A DNA stretch of 64,000 nucleotides, from the NCBI GenBank assembly GCA_965220085.1, contig CBDCOZ010000003.1:1824001-1888000 (forward strand), in the 5' to 3' direction. This document shows positions 11,101 to 19,208 of the stretch, piece by piece. The first letter of the stretch is position 1; the number at the start of each line of letters is the position of its first letter. A program made the position numbers and the translations under genes. The notes beneath the pieces were generated by a model. That model made no database searches and was not told the DNA's origin. It saw only the letters and a program-made list of their open reading frames with translations. The stretch is from Candidatus Oxydemutatoraceae bacterium (GTDB lineage: Bacteria > Pseudomonadota > Gammaproteobacteria > Poriferisulfidales > Oxydemutatoraceae).

Positions 11101-14100
11101 TCGTAATCGGCACGGCAAATTGAACCGCACTGCGAACCGCCTCGCCGCCGTTGACAACAGCGGCAACGCTGTAGCTGATGTCAGAACCTTCGGCAACTTC
11201 GGTATCATCGGTATAGCCCAATGTTGTGATAGCAATAGCGGTAGTAGCAACACCGTTGCGATACACGTTATAAGCAATCTCCGGCGGGGGCGTCCAGTGG
11301 CTTGTGTCGGGTGCCGTCCAACTCAATGTTCTGGATACGCTGGTACCGGTCGTTGCGACCGTCGGGCCTTCGCGTAACTGATAACCGAATCTCTGCCAAC
11401 TCGGATCCGTATTGGGGTCGCCATCAAAGTCAACCTTCAATGCCGGGTATTGATTGGCATCGCCGAAGTCCCAGTAGTCGGTGGGATTGCCATGAGAGTC
11501 ATTCGCATTCCAGTCGGCGTAGATGCCGCTGTAGCCGGTCGGCGCTCGTAACTCGGCACTCGTCGCACCGATGATTCCGGCCGCGGTTGAGGCATCCGTC
11601 CCAATCGCCTGCGCTTGCCCGGATGTGTCCGTATCCCAATAAACCGAAGTGAAGGCCACATCAAAGTCAAAGTTATTGGGAGGCCCCAGTGCCAAAGCAC
11701 TCACCAGTCCGATAACGCCTCCGCTTGGCATTTCGGCGCGAATCAGGGCGGTGGAATAACTGTGCCTGATATCCAGATTCCCCGCATAAGCTAACAAGCC
11801 GCCCGATTCGAGCCCGCCATGGACATGCCCGGTCGCATAGACATGCTCTACGCTGTCTTCGCCATAGCTAAACGCAATCAAACCGCTTTGATATGCGGCA
11901 TCGTATACGCTGCCGCTCGCATAACTCGTACGCACCGTGCTATCCAAGCTGAAACCGACCAGCGAACCGATATAAGCTCCCTCGCTTTGGGCGGGACGCA
12001 ACGATACCGTTGAATAACTGTTCTCAATAACCGTATCAGAAACAGTGCCCGCTAAGCCACCGCCGCCCCAAAAGTTACTGTTCTCACTGGTGACTTCTCC
12101 GCTTATACCGATGTTACTAATCGTCGTATCACCGATGCCGCCAAACAAGCCGAGGGAGTTGATGCTTGTGACATCCCGCTTGGTGTATAGGTTGTGGATT
12201 GTGTGACCGTTACCATTGAATACCCCACTAAAAACACCGCTTAGATTACCTCCGGAGGAATATGCGCTAATCGGGTGCCAGCCGCTCCCGCCTTCGCCCT
12301 TGCTCCAACCTTTGTCAACAGCGCCCGATGCGTAGTCAGTCGCATCGTCAAAATCCAGATCGTTCATCAACTCGTAGCCGATACAAGTGTCAGGGCAGCC
12401 CATGTTGTCGGCGGCATCGGGGAATGCCGCTACATATGTCGGCGTACTCTCGCTAGGTATCCCGTTACCGTCCAAATCAAACCGGATTGCAGCAAGTTGC
12501 TCTAAAGTTGTCACTTCAATCAAGCCATTTTGGTCTTGATCATAGACTATCGTAATCGGCACGGCAAATTGAACCGCACTGCGAACCGCCTCGCCGCCGT
12601 TGACAACAGCGGCAACGCTGTAGCTGATGTCAGAACCTTCGGCAACTTCGGTATCATCGTCATAGGTCAATCTTGTAATGTCAATGGCGGCAGTGGCAAC
12701 ACCGTTGCGATACACGTTATACGTAATCTCCGGCGGCGACTTCCAGTGGCTTGTGTCGGGCGCTGTCCAGCTCAAGGTTCTGGATGCGGTGCTGCCGGTT
12801 ATCGTCACCGCCGGGCCTTCGCGCAACTGATAACCGAATTCCTCCCAACTCGCCGTGCCGCTGTTGTCAAAGTCAACCTTCAATGCCGGGTATTGATTGG
12901 CGCTGCCGAAGTCCCAGTAATCGCTGCGATTGTCGTTCCATTCGTCGTAAATGCCGTTATAGTCCGTCGGCGCTTGCAACTCGGCGGTCGTCGCGCCGAT
13001 GATGCCGGTCGCGGTCGAGGCATCCGTCCCAATCGCCCGCGCCTGCCCGGATGTGTCCGTGTCCCAATAAACCGAAGCAAAGTCCAAATCAAAGTCAAAG
13101 TTATTCAACGCAAAAGAACTGACCAGTCCGATAACGCCTCCGCTTACTGTTTCTTCGGCGCGGATCAGGGCGGTGGAATAACTGTGCCTGATATCCAGAT
13201 TCCCCGCATAAGCTAACAAGCCGCCCGATTCGATCCCGCCATGGACATGCCCGGTCGCATAGACATGCTCTGCGCTGTCTCCGCCATAGCTAAACGCAAT
13301 CAAACCGCTTTGATATGCGGCATCGTATACGCTGCCGGTCGCATAACTCGCAAGCACCGCGCTATCCAAGCTGAAACCAACCAGCGAACCGATATAAGAG
13401 TTCGCGCTTTGGGCCGTGCGCAACGATACCGCTGAATAACTGTTCTCAATCCTCGTGCCGACAACATCGCCGGCTAAGCCGCCTCCGCCCCAAGGAGAGC
13501 TGTTCTCGCTATTGACTTCTCCGCTTATGCCGATGTTGCGAATCGTCGCATTGTCGGTGCCGCCAAACAAGCCGAGGGAGGAGATGCTTGTGACATCCCT
13601 CTTGATGTAAAGGTTGCGGATTGTGTGACCGTTGCCGTTGAATACCCCGGTAAAACGAGCGCTTATATCGCCTGCGGAATATGCGCTGATCGGGTGCCAG
13701 CCGCTCCTGTCTTCGCCCTTGCTCCAACCTTGGTCAACAGCGCCCGAGGCGTAGTTGGCGGCATCGTCAAAGTCCAAATCGTTCATCAACTCGTAGCCGA
13801 TACAGGTGCCGGGGCAACCCATGTTGTCGGCGGCATCGGGGAATGCCGCTACATATGTCGGTGTGCTCTCGCCGGGCACTCCGTCACCGTCAAGGTCAAA
13901 CCGGATTGCGGCAAGTTGCTCCAAAGCGCTGATCTCTATCAGACCGTTGTTGTCGCTATCATAATCAATGAACTGCTGCGCTTGCACTATGTTGCACAGT
14001 GTGAAACCTAAAATAGGTGCGACAAAAGACAGTCTGCCGATTCGCTTATACTGTGATGTCGCCGTCTTTGAAAAAGTCGGCAACTGAGTCCCGACAAATT

Positions 14101-14155
14101 TAAGTAGGGTTATCAGCCCTCCTATCTTTGCCCTCTTAATGCTTTTACCTCTCAT
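2162..14155 (-). CDS. Giant 3997-aa secreted adhesin: signal peptide, four GLUG/beta-helix+FN3 units, about 19 cadherin-like repeats, C-terminal LRLRLRLFLEGPLR
   Basis: Signal peptide ends IVQA-Q. GLUG-like GGLAG/GGLVG motifs, FN3-like 'LSWTAP...YNVYRNG' segments, and cadherin hallmarks 'IAENA..GT', 'LDYE/LNFE' and 'ITVENVLE'. Confidence 0.92.
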   Translation of the reverse strand: MRGKSIKRAKIGGLITLLKFVGTQLPTFSKTATSQYKRIGRLSFVAPILGFTLCNIVQAQQFIDYDSDNNGLIEISALEQLAAIRFDLDGDGVPGESTPTYVAAFPDAADNMGCPGTCIGYELMNDLDFDDAANYASGAVDQGWSKGEDRSGWHPISAYSAGDISARFTGVFNGNGHTIRNLYIKRDVTSISSLGLFGGTDNATIRNIGISGEVNSENSSPWGGGGLAGDVVGTRIENSYSAVSLRTAQSANSYIGSLVGFSLDSAVLASYATGSVYDAAYQSGLIAFSYGGDSAEHVYATGHVHGGIESGGLLAYAGNLDIRHSYSTALIRAEETVSGGVIGLVSSFALNNFDFDLDFASVYWDTDTSGQARAIGTDASTATGIIGATTAELQAPTDYNGIYDEWNDNRSDYWDFGSANQYPALKVDFDNSGTASWEEFGYQLREGPAVTITGSTASRTLSWTAPDTSHWKSPPEITYNVYRNGVATAAIDITRLTYDDDTEVAEGSDISYSVAAVVNGGEAVRSAVQFAVPITIVYDQDQNGLIEVTTLEQLAAIRFDLDGNGIPSESTPTYVAAFPDAADNMGCPDTCIGYELMNDLDFDDATDYASGAVDKGWSKGEGGSGWHPISAYSSGGNLSGVFSGVFNGNGHTIHNLYTKRDVTSINSLGLFGGIGDTTISNIGISGEVTSENSNFWGGGGLAGTVSDTVIENSYSTVSLRPAQSEGAYIGSLVGFSLDSTVRTSYASGSVYDAAYQSGLIAFSYGEDSVEHVYATGHVHGGLESGGLLAYAGNLDIRHSYSTALIRAEMPSGGVIGLVSALALGPPNNFDFDVAFTSVYWDTDTSGQAQAIGTDASTAAGIIGATSAELRAPTGYSGIYADWNANDSHGNPTDYWDFGDANQYPALKVDFDGDPNTDPSWQRFGYQLREGPTVATTGTSVSRTLSWTAPDTSHWTPPPEIAYNVYRNGVATTAIAITTLGYTDDTEVAEGSDISYSVAAVVNGGEAVRSAVQFAVPITIVYDQDQNGLIEVTTLEQLAAIRFDLDGNGIPSESTPTYVAAFPDAADNMGCPDTCIGYELMNDLDFDDATDYASGAVDKGWSKGEGGSGWYPISTYTRDDIKDRFTGVFNGNGHTIHNLYIKRNVRVTASLGLFGGIGDTTISNIGISGEVTSENSNFWGGGGLAGTVSDTVIENSYSTVSLRPAQSEGAYIGSLVGFSLDSTVRTSYASGSVYDAAYQSGLIAFSYGGDSVEHVYATGHVHGGVESGGLLSYAGNIDIRHSYSTALVHAEAVSGGVIGLVSSLALAPNNFDFDVAFTSVYWDTDTSGQAQAIGTDASTAAGIIGATSAELRAPTGYSGIYADWNANDSHGNPTDYWDFGDANQYPALKVDFDGDPNTDPSWQRFGYQLREGPTVTTIGSAASRTLSWTAPDTSHWSPAPEITYNVYRNGVATTAIGITTLSYADDTEVAEGSDISYSVAAVVNGGEAVRTAVQFAVPITIVYDQDQNGLIEVTTLEQLDAIRFDLDGNGVPSESTSTYTKAFPDARANMGCPDVCLGYELLNDLDFDDDASYSDAAENKSGWTSDPGWIPIGDDSDNFMATFNGNGHTIYSLYINRGPGRNLSLFDSIGRNSTVSNIGVTGSVLGDGDSVGGLVGELGAGTIEQSYSTVSVSGTNAGSLLGLNDGGTVRLSYASGIVSGIDNMGGLIGNAQGRLSSAQVEHVYATGFVSAPDTLSVAGGLLGSIGQLQLKYAYATGLVVSDTTEGGGLGGTSISSNFVTTAIYWDTETSGKTVAIGEILLGSASGIEGKTSAELQTPTGYDGIYVGWNDGGNSDYWDFGSASQYPALKVDFDNDGMVSWQEFGYQLREGPQDLVALESSGRVTVDWTAPTIPPEWNPPPTITYHIYRDGAALANGTAGMPSTNTSYIDDSITASVGQTYHVAAVIRGGEITRSATVSVEALKVVDTDTTGDANTATIAESATGGTAIADVMLAAQGPDGNVVSGVTWSLSDPADPDLFTINSTSGAITLIASDTLDYEDTGARSHSVTVTAEAGSYRSATLTLTINVLNVLETLTVANSGSGAIELAENATAGAVVPGIALTASDEGNNAVTDLTWSLPDNAGGLFAISAGGEVTVAGALNFEAAGGESHTLMAQAAKDGVTSVAFSITITVENVLETLTIANGGSGAIELAENAPVGTVVPGIALTVSDEGSNMVSGVVWSLTDDAGSLFAITSNTGVITAEGALDYAAATQHTVRAQASKDGIDSNELSLTIAVTDIDETLPQLQIADTDAAGDANTATIAESATGGTAIADVTLAAQDADSNVVSGVTWSLTDPSGSFAIDSANGEITLIAGKTLDYETARSHSVTVTAEASGYQSATLALTINVLNVLETLTVADSDTGDNAIAENATIGTEVSGITLTASDEGSNAVTDLTWGLPDDASGLFAIATDTGVISVAGDLDFEAAGGESHTLMAQAAKDGVTSVAFSITITVENVLETLTIADSDTGANAIAENAPAGTVVPGIALTVSDEGGRPVTDLTWSLPDNAGGLFAISTGGEVTVAGALNFEAAGGESHTLMAQAAKDGVTSVAFSITVTVENVLETLTIANGGSGAIELAENAPVGTVVPGIALTVTDEGGRPVTDLTWSLPDNAGGLFAISTGGEVTVAGALNFEAAGGESHTLMAQAAKDGVTSVAFSITVTVENVLETLTIANGGSGAIELAENAPAGTVVPGIALTVTDEGGRPLTEGLIWSLASAPTGLFGIDTGGVITVTGELDYETSTHHTVMVQATKDGIDSNELSLTIAVTDIDESLPQLQIADTDATGDANTATIAEDASADAAIADVTLAAQDADSNVVSGAVWSLTDPSGLFAIDSANGEITLVASNTLDYETARSHSVTVTAEADGYQPAIVTLTINVTNVLETLTVADSDADANTIAENATIGAEVSGVTLTASDEGSNAVTDLTWSLPDDASGLFAIATNTGVISVAGDLDFEAVGGESHTLMAQAAKDGVTSAAFSITITVENVLETLTIANGGSGAIELAENAPVGTVVPGIALTVSDEGGRPVTDLTWSLPDNAGGLFAISTGGEVTVAGALNFEAVGGESHTLMAQAAKDGVTSVAFSITVTVENVLETLTIANGGSGAIELAENAPAGTVVPGIALTVSDEGGRPVTDLTWSLPDNAGGLFAISTGGEVTVAGALNFEAAGGESHTLMAQAAKDGVTSVAFSITVTVENVLETLTIANGGSGAIELAENAPAGTVVPGIALTASDEGGRPVTDLTWSLPDNAGGLFAISTGGEVTVAGALNFEAAGGESHTLMAQAAKDGVTSVAFSITVTVENVLETLTIANGGSGAIELAENAPAGTVVPGIALTVSDEGGRPVTDLTWSLPDNAGGLFAISTGGEVTVAGALNFEAAGGESHTLMAQATKDGVTSVAFSITVTVENVLETLTIANGGSGAIELAENAPAGTVVPGIALTVSDEGGRPVTDLTWSLPDNAGGLFAISTGGEVTVAGALNFEAAGGESHTLMAQAAKDGVTSVAFSITVTVENVLETLTIANGGSGAIELAENAPVGTVVPGIALTVSDEGGRPVTDLTWSLPDNAGGLFAISTGGEVTVAGALNFEAAGGESHTLMAQAAKDGVTSVAFSITVTVENVLETLTIANGGSGAIELAENAPVGTVVPGIALTASDEGGRPVTDLTWSLTDDADSLFAITSNTGVITAEGALDYAAATQHTVTAQASKDGIDSNQLTLTIAVTDIDETLPQLQIADTDTTGAANTATIAEDATAGTAIAGVTLAAQDTDGTAVSSATWSLTDPSSLFAIGSTSGVITLAASDTLDYEDIGARNHSVTVTAAAAGFMTATLELTINVLNVLETLTIANGGSGAIELAENAPAGTVVPGINLVATENDEVITGAEWMLTDDAGSLFAITSNSGVITAEGALDYAAATQHTVRAQASKDGIDSNELSLTITVQEAASVLRLRLRLFLEGPLR
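3040..5150 (-). repeat. Near-identical 315-bp tandem repeats (105-aa cadherin domains), about 7 copies; more copies at about 5920-7900
   Basis: Antisense ORFs recur at 315-nt intervals (3043, 3358, 3673, 3988, 4303, 4618, 4933). Confidence 0.95.
9630..13970 (-). repeat. Three ~1.45-kb tandem GLUG+FN3 units; a divergent fourth unit lies at about 8280-9630
   Basis: Unit boundaries 'PITIVYDQDQNGLIEV' recur near 9640, 11085 and 12535. Confidence 0.9.
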
Positions 14156-14476
14156 GAAAAATGCCTCCTTGGCATAGCAACTTGAAGTTAATCAAGTTGT
14201 CTAAAATTATTTATTCTTACTAAATGTTTTTCTTAAGTTAGTTATGTATCCCTAAACAAAGAGGAAACATACTACCATATTATTAACATATTATGCACAC
14301 ATTATTAACATCTTACTAATAAGTTACTTATCTGCTTGTTTTTACTATGTTTTTTCCCTGATTAGCCATGTTCCAAGGCTAAATCCGGCCAGTAGCAAGG
14401 CAGTGCCTCATATTTCGGTCATATGCTATATTGAGGCGGTTTCAAACCACAATAAATACCTCAGATACGCTTGACC

Positions 14477-15244
14477 ATGACCGCAACACAGATGCTTGCC
14501 AGCGTGCGCAACGCACAAGAAGCTCAGACCGTGCTTGATGCAGCTGATATCGGCGTGCTTGATATGAAAGAGCCGGATGCGGGCGCCCTCGGCGCCTTAG
14601 CCGCCGAGGACATCACAGAGATCAATGCCATCGCCAACGGGCGGTGCGCGACCAGCGCCACCGTCGGGGATTTGCCGCCGCAACCGGAGTTGATGTTTGA
14701 TGCGGTACAAAAAACTATCGCGCTAAATGTTACTTATGTCAAAGTCGGATTGTTTGGCAGCGATTACTTGTCCGAATGCCTTGCCGCTTTGCGGCAACTG
14801 GCAACGCAGACAAAACTGATTGGCGTGTTGTTTGCCGGGCACTTCGAGCAGTTTGACGGGCCTTGCCGGCTGTTAAAAGCCGCCGGCTTCCACGGTGCGA
14901 TGATTGACACCGCGGATAAACAAGCGGGCAGCCTGCTTGAAATCATTGGCCGTTCGGTACTGTCTGACTTTGTGGCACAAGCGCGTCGGCTTGACCTGCT
15001 GTGCGGCCTCGCCGGTTCCTTGCGGGCCGACGACATAGATGCGTTGATGCCTTTGAGGCCCGATTATCTGGGGTTTAGAAGCGCTTTATGCGAGCAGGGC
15101 GCGCGGTCGGCGCCTGTCAGCGCCGCTGCCGTCGGCGAGATTGCGACGCGGATTGCCGCTTTCAAACAAACGCCGCAGTCGCTTCGTAGTCCGCAAAATC
15201 ATTCGCTGAGCGCAGGTCAAGCCATTCCTGCGGAGTCACAATAA
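14477..15244 (+). CDS. mfnB: (5-formylfuran-3-yl)methyl phosphate synthase-like protein (DUF556, Orf22)
   Basis: Motifs 'MLASVRN..EA', 'DMKEPDAGALGA', 'SATVGD', 'YVKVG', 'MIDTADK', 'GLAGSL' and 'PDYLGFR'; lies in a C1-cofactor cluster. Confidence 0.85.
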   Translation: MTATQMLASVRNAQEAQTVLDAADIGVLDMKEPDAGALGALAAEDITEINAIANGRCATSATVGDLPPQPELMFDAVQKTIALNVTYVKVGLFGSDYLSECLAALRQLATQTKLIGVLFAGHFEQFDGPCRLLKAAGFHGAMIDTADKQAGSLLEIIGRSVLSDFVAQARRLDLLCGLAGSLRADDIDALMPLRPDYLGFRSALCEQGARSAPVSAAAVGEIATRIAAFKQTPQSLRSPQNHSLSAGQAIPAESQ

Positions 15245-15770
15245 CAACGCGCGAACCAAACCGCGCGCACAACGCAGGGAAGCGCTCATCAACCAGATCA
15301 CGCGCGCAAGAAACCCGCCGCGCTGATACGGGCTTTATCAAAACAAGCCACTGTGCCCGCACACGGGCGGCGATGCACAAAGCGATAGAATCCGACGTGA
15401 GTTGCCAGTCCATCCGCATATCCGCTGCGTCGTCCGGCTGCCAGATACCCTGGTTTTCAGACGGGAGCCAGATAGCGCAGGTGTCGGTCGCAAGGCGCTC
15501 TGTGGTCGGCAGGTTTGATTTGGCGGACAAAAGGTAGCCATATTGGCGCATCGCAAGCAACGCCATATTGTGCGCGGTCGCATCGTCAAATCCCCAGCGC
15601 TTTTGCGCACTGCGTACCTGATCGGCGAACACCGCGCCGCCCGGGACGACCAATGCCTTACGCTCAGCAAACAGATGTGCAAGATGCGTCATCACGTGCG
15701 CAAGCGATGGCTGGCGATAGATACTGCCGCCAACTTTAATGACTGTGATTGCGTCATTGCCCGCCGCCAC
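15162..15770 (-). CDS. Amino-acid-kinase-family protein of H4MPT/methylofuran clusters (Orf21/MfnE-like)
   Basis: Motifs 'VIKVGGS', 'VVPGGAVFADQVR', 'AHNMALLAM.QYG' and 'W.LTSDSIA'. Confidence 0.8.
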   Translation of the reverse strand: MAAGNDAITVIKVGGSIYRQPSLAHVMTHLAHLFAERKALVVPGGAVFADQVRSAQKRWGFDDATAHNMALLAMRQYGYLLSAKSNLPTTERLATDTCAIWLPSENQGIWQPDDAADMRMDWQLTSDSIALCIAARVRAQWLVLIKPVSARRVSCARDLVDERFPALCARFGSRVVIVTPQEWLDLRSANDFADYEATAAFV

Positions 15771-15776
15771 TGCAAC

Positions 15777-17165
15777 TTATCCTTCGGCTTTGGCCAGTTG
15801 GCGGAAAAGCTTAACGATAGAAGACACTTTATCCAGCGTCTCCTGATACTCGGAGTCGGCTTCGGAGTCGGCAACGATACCGCCGCCGCCGAAGAATACG
15901 AACTTGCCATCACGGTAGACCGCCGTGCGGATGGCAATGTTCAGATCCATCTCGTTGCCACCGCCGATGTAACCGATTGCACCGCAATATACGCCGCGGC
16001 GGTCGGGTTCCAACTCTTCAATCACTTCCATTGCCCGCAGTTTCGGCGCGCCGGTGATGGAGCCGCCGGGGAAACACGCCTGCAAAAGGTCAATCGCGTC
16101 CTTATCCGCGGCGAGCTCGCCCTCAATCGTGCTGACCATGTGGTGGACATTGGCAAAACTTTCCACTTCAAACAGGCGGCTGGCTACAACCGAGCCAATC
16201 TTGCAGACCTTGCCGATGTCATTGCGCAAGAGATCCACAATCATCAGATTTTCAGCGCGGTCTTTGTCGCTTGTCCGCAAGGCTGTCTTCTCGCGCTCGT
16301 CCTCCGATGCATTCTCGCAACGCGGACGTGTGCCCTTGATCGGTCGGGTCTGTACTGTGCGGTCTTGCAGGTAGAGAAACCGCTCGGGTGACACACTCAG
16401 CACTTGCAATTCATCAAAGCCGAGGTAGGCGGAGAACGGTGCCGGATTTAACGTGCGTAATTCTTTGTACACTTCGCGCGGGTCGCACGCTACTTCCACA
16501 GAGAACTTCTGTGCCAGGTTGACCTGATAACAATCACCCTCCTTTATATAGTGCTTTATCTTGTTGAAACATCTGACGTATTCGTCCTTGTCTATATTTG
16601 ATACCAACTCGCCCAGCACGCGACACGGAGCGGGGGCGACAGCGGCGGGGGGCGGTGCCGACAGCATCTTGTGCACAGCATCAAACTCCTTTTGCCCGAA
16701 GTCATCATCCGCATATCCTGTCAGCAGTGTCTCGCTACGGCGATGATCGACAACGATTGCCCAGTTATAAATGCCAAGTAATATCTCCGGTATGTTTTCC
16801 TTATCGGATGTCAGTTCGGGCAGATGTTCTATGCGCCGCCCGAGGTCATAAGAGAAATAGCCGATCGCACCACCACTGAAAAGTGTATGCGGTTTATCTT
16901 TGATTTGCGGCAGGTGCGCGCGCACGACATCAAGCGGATTGTCTTTATATATCGCCCGCCTGCCATCGGCTTCGGTGACCACAGTCTCGCCGTCACGGCT
17001 GCGTATCAGCCGGCGGGGGTTAGCCGCCAGAATGTCACAACACTCCCCGGTGCTATCCAACCCGCCGTGGTCCAGAAAGACAATGTTGCGCTCCCCTGCC
17101 AGCCGGTCAAACAGACCGGTGCTGTCTCTTTCATACGGCAATGCTTGCGGTTGGAAAGCTTTCAT
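15777..17165 (-). CDS. pabB: Aminodeoxychorismate synthase component I
   Basis: Motifs 'GDCYQVNL', 'SPERFL', 'PIKGTRPR', 'KDRAENLMIVDLLRND' and 'FPGGSITGAPK'. ATG at 17165 preferred over the upstream start. Confidence 0.92.
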   Translation of the reverse strand: MKAFQPQALPYERDSTGLFDRLAGERNIVFLDHGGLDSTGECCDILAANPRRLIRSRDGETVVTEADGRRAIYKDNPLDVVRAHLPQIKDKPHTLFSGGAIGYFSYDLGRRIEHLPELTSDKENIPEILLGIYNWAIVVDHRRSETLLTGYADDDFGQKEFDAVHKMLSAPPPAAVAPAPCRVLGELVSNIDKDEYVRCFNKIKHYIKEGDCYQVNLAQKFSVEVACDPREVYKELRTLNPAPFSAYLGFDELQVLSVSPERFLYLQDRTVQTRPIKGTRPRCENASEDEREKTALRTSDKDRAENLMIVDLLRNDIGKVCKIGSVVASRLFEVESFANVHHMVSTIEGELAADKDAIDLLQACFPGGSITGAPKLRAMEVIEELEPDRRGVYCGAIGYIGGGNEMDLNIAIRTAVYRDGKFVFFGGGGIVADSEADSEYQETLDKVSSIVKLFRQLAKAEG

Positions 17166-18214
17166 TGCACACAACCTTGCGCGCGGGCGAGTTGCGCCAG
17201 GCTGAACGCCGTAGCACACTCTGCGAGTTGCGCACTATCCGTTCCTGTGTGCGCAGGCAGTAATTCATCAAAGCGGATGAACGGGCGCGCCAGTTTTTTT
17301 GCAATGGCCTTGACCACAAAGCTGCCGACGCCGGCACCGACCAGCGGTGCATCGCTGCCGATCATTGATGACGCGCTGACTTTCTCAAGGCCTTCAGCAA
17401 TCTTTTGTTGCTGGGCATCGGCAATCGCAGCCGCCGCCCGACGATACAGATCAAACTCCCCGGCATAGTCGTGCCCGAACATGCGAGCGAGCCGTCTGGC
17501 ACTTGCGTGTTCGTCTTTGTCGGCACCATCACAAGTTGGATACATATCCGCGTGCGGGGGCAGCTGCTTCAGCACCCGATAAACATCGGCCGCGGTGGCA
17601 AACATCTCAGCCATGACCGCTTGTTCCCGCCCATCCACATTGAAGCGGTCGCCGAGTGCCATCACCGGCGTCCTTACCACACCGGTATAAACGAGCTCAC
17701 CGGCGAGCAGGCGATCGGCATCGGTCAGTGCGGATGTTTTAACCCGCCCCGATTGAAACGGAATCAAATCGCAAGTCGTACTGCCGATATCAACCACGAC
17801 ACCCTCGGCAAGACGACCGGCGGCAAAGGATGCGGTCGCATACCAGTTCGCCGATGCGATATCCGGTGCATATTGCGCTACCACCGTGCGCTTAACGAAG
17901 CCTGCGGCACCGGCATAGATGGCAAAATCCTGTTGCAACCGTCTTGCCATTGCGGCGACAATCTCTGCGACACCGGTGTTGCGATCGACAAATGCATCGG
18001 TCAGCTCGCCGGTCATCGTCACGGCGTGCCGACTCGCGCTGAGATCGCGCGCATCCGCAATAGCACCCAATACGCCATCAAGCCGATCCATACCTTCCCA
18101 CAACGGGCATGCTTCCTGCGCTACCCACTCGAGCGCGCCATCGTGCGCCACACACACCGCTTTGATATGCGCGCCGCCGACATCCCAGCCGATATGTGTC
18201 GTCTTATCTGTCAT
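17162..18214 (-). CDS. Hydantoinase/oxoprolinase-family H4MPT-linked C1 pathway protein (Orf9/MfnF-like)
   Basis: Motifs 'IGWDVGGAHIK', 'AVTMTGEL.DAF', 'ASANW', 'DIGSTTCD' and 'GELVYTGVVRTP'. Confidence 0.85.
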   Translation of the reverse strand: MTDKTTHIGWDVGGAHIKAVCVAHDGALEWVAQEACPLWEGMDRLDGVLGAIADARDLSASRHAVTMTGELTDAFVDRNTGVAEIVAAMARRLQQDFAIYAGAAGFVKRTVVAQYAPDIASANWYATASFAAGRLAEGVVVDIGSTTCDLIPFQSGRVKTSALTDADRLLAGELVYTGVVRTPVMALGDRFNVDGREQAVMAEMFATAADVYRVLKQLPPHADMYPTCDGADKDEHASARRLARMFGHDYAGEFDLYRRAAAAIADAQQQKIAEGLEKVSASSMIGSDAPLVGAGVGSFVVKAIAKKLARPFIRFDELLPAHTGTDSAQLAECATAFSLAQLARAQGCVQ

Positions 18215-19187
18215 CGTCAAATACAAGCTCAACCACGCGCTTGCCCTCGGGGCATTTTAATTCTTTATCGCACACCGCATCAAAAATCAGTTCGCAGGGG
18301 TTGCTGCCGACCGATTGTTCAATGCCGGCCAGCGAGGTCGTCACGCGCGGGTTGATCTCCAGCACGAGCAAGCCGTCATCGGTTGCGATGAAATCAATGC
18401 CGACATACGCCATCAGGTCGGGCATGGCGCGGTGGATGTCGGCAGCCAGCGCCTTTGCCTGCGGCATCATATCCGACAATGCATTGACCTCGCAAGAACG
18501 CAACTCAAACCGCCCGGCGCTGTCGATGACGACGCGTTGACGATTGACCGACAGTACGCACATCGCCTCGCGTGCGTACACGACACTGATGCTGCCCGGC
18601 ACCCCTTTGGCCAGCGGCTGACATACGCTCTGCGCGGCGGCATCGTGCGCCGGCATCTCACCGGCCGGCACGAGAAATGTTTGCGTGCAGCCGACACCGT
18701 CATCGGGCTTGACGACCATATCGCTTGCGCACGGGAAGCGGTGCGCATCAAACGGCGATGTTTCAACGGCGGCGATGGCGTGATCCGACAAGTGCCGATA
18801 TGTCGCCAGCTTGCTCGCCGCTTGCTCAACGATTGTCGCAGGGGCATTCAGCAACAGGCATCCTTTGCTCTCGGCAAGACGGCATAATGTTGCGAGCGTA
18901 CCGGCGGTCTCCGGTGCGACCGGCCAAAACGCGTCGGCATCATCCAGCGCGTCAAAGAGAAATAAAGAGAAATCGTCGTTCTGCCCGATCCACACCACCT
19001 CGGTATCAAAATCGGGCGGCGGTAATCGCGCATCGCGCAAAGTCAACAACGATACGCCGTCAATACGGGCTAAGCCCTGCCCCATCGTCTCCAACATCAG
19101 CTCGCCTTCTCTGGCCAACGACGGCATCGGTTGCTGACAAAGCCCGCCGCTGGTCATATACTCAAATAAAATAATCTTTGTTGCCAT
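18204..19187 (-). CDS. ATP-grasp ligase (MfnD/Orf1-like)
   Basis: Motifs 'FEYMTSGG', 'EGELML', 'VAPET.G.L', 'VKPDDGVG' and 'YVGIDF...LEINPRVTTS'. Confidence 0.85.
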   Translation of the reverse strand: MATKIILFEYMTSGGLCQQPMPSLAREGELMLETMGQGLARIDGVSLLTLRDARLPPPDFDTEVVWIGQNDDFSLFLFDALDDADAFWPVAPETAGTLATLCRLAESKGCLLLNAPATIVEQAASKLATYRHLSDHAIAAVETSPFDAHRFPCASDMVVKPDDGVGCTQTFLVPAGEMPAHDAAAQSVCQPLAKGVPGSISVVYAREAMCVLSVNRQRVVIDSAGRFELRSCEVNALSDMMPQAKALAADIHRAMPDLMAYVGIDFIATDDGLLVLEINPRVTTSLAGIEQSVGSNPCELIFDAVCDKELKCPEGKRVVELVFDDDR

Positions 19188-19208
19188 GCTTTTTTTTAAG
19201 ACACCTCA

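Noticed and set aside
9630-13970. Diversity-generating retroelement as the source of the variable windows
   Set aside because: No reverse transcriptase or template repeat is in the window, and the differences include indels and do not look adenine-specific.
2291-14011. Many plus-strand ORFs, including a 717-aa ORF at 2994-5147
   Set aside because: Antisense shadows of the repetitive adhesin. They repeat with its period and have no independent protein features.
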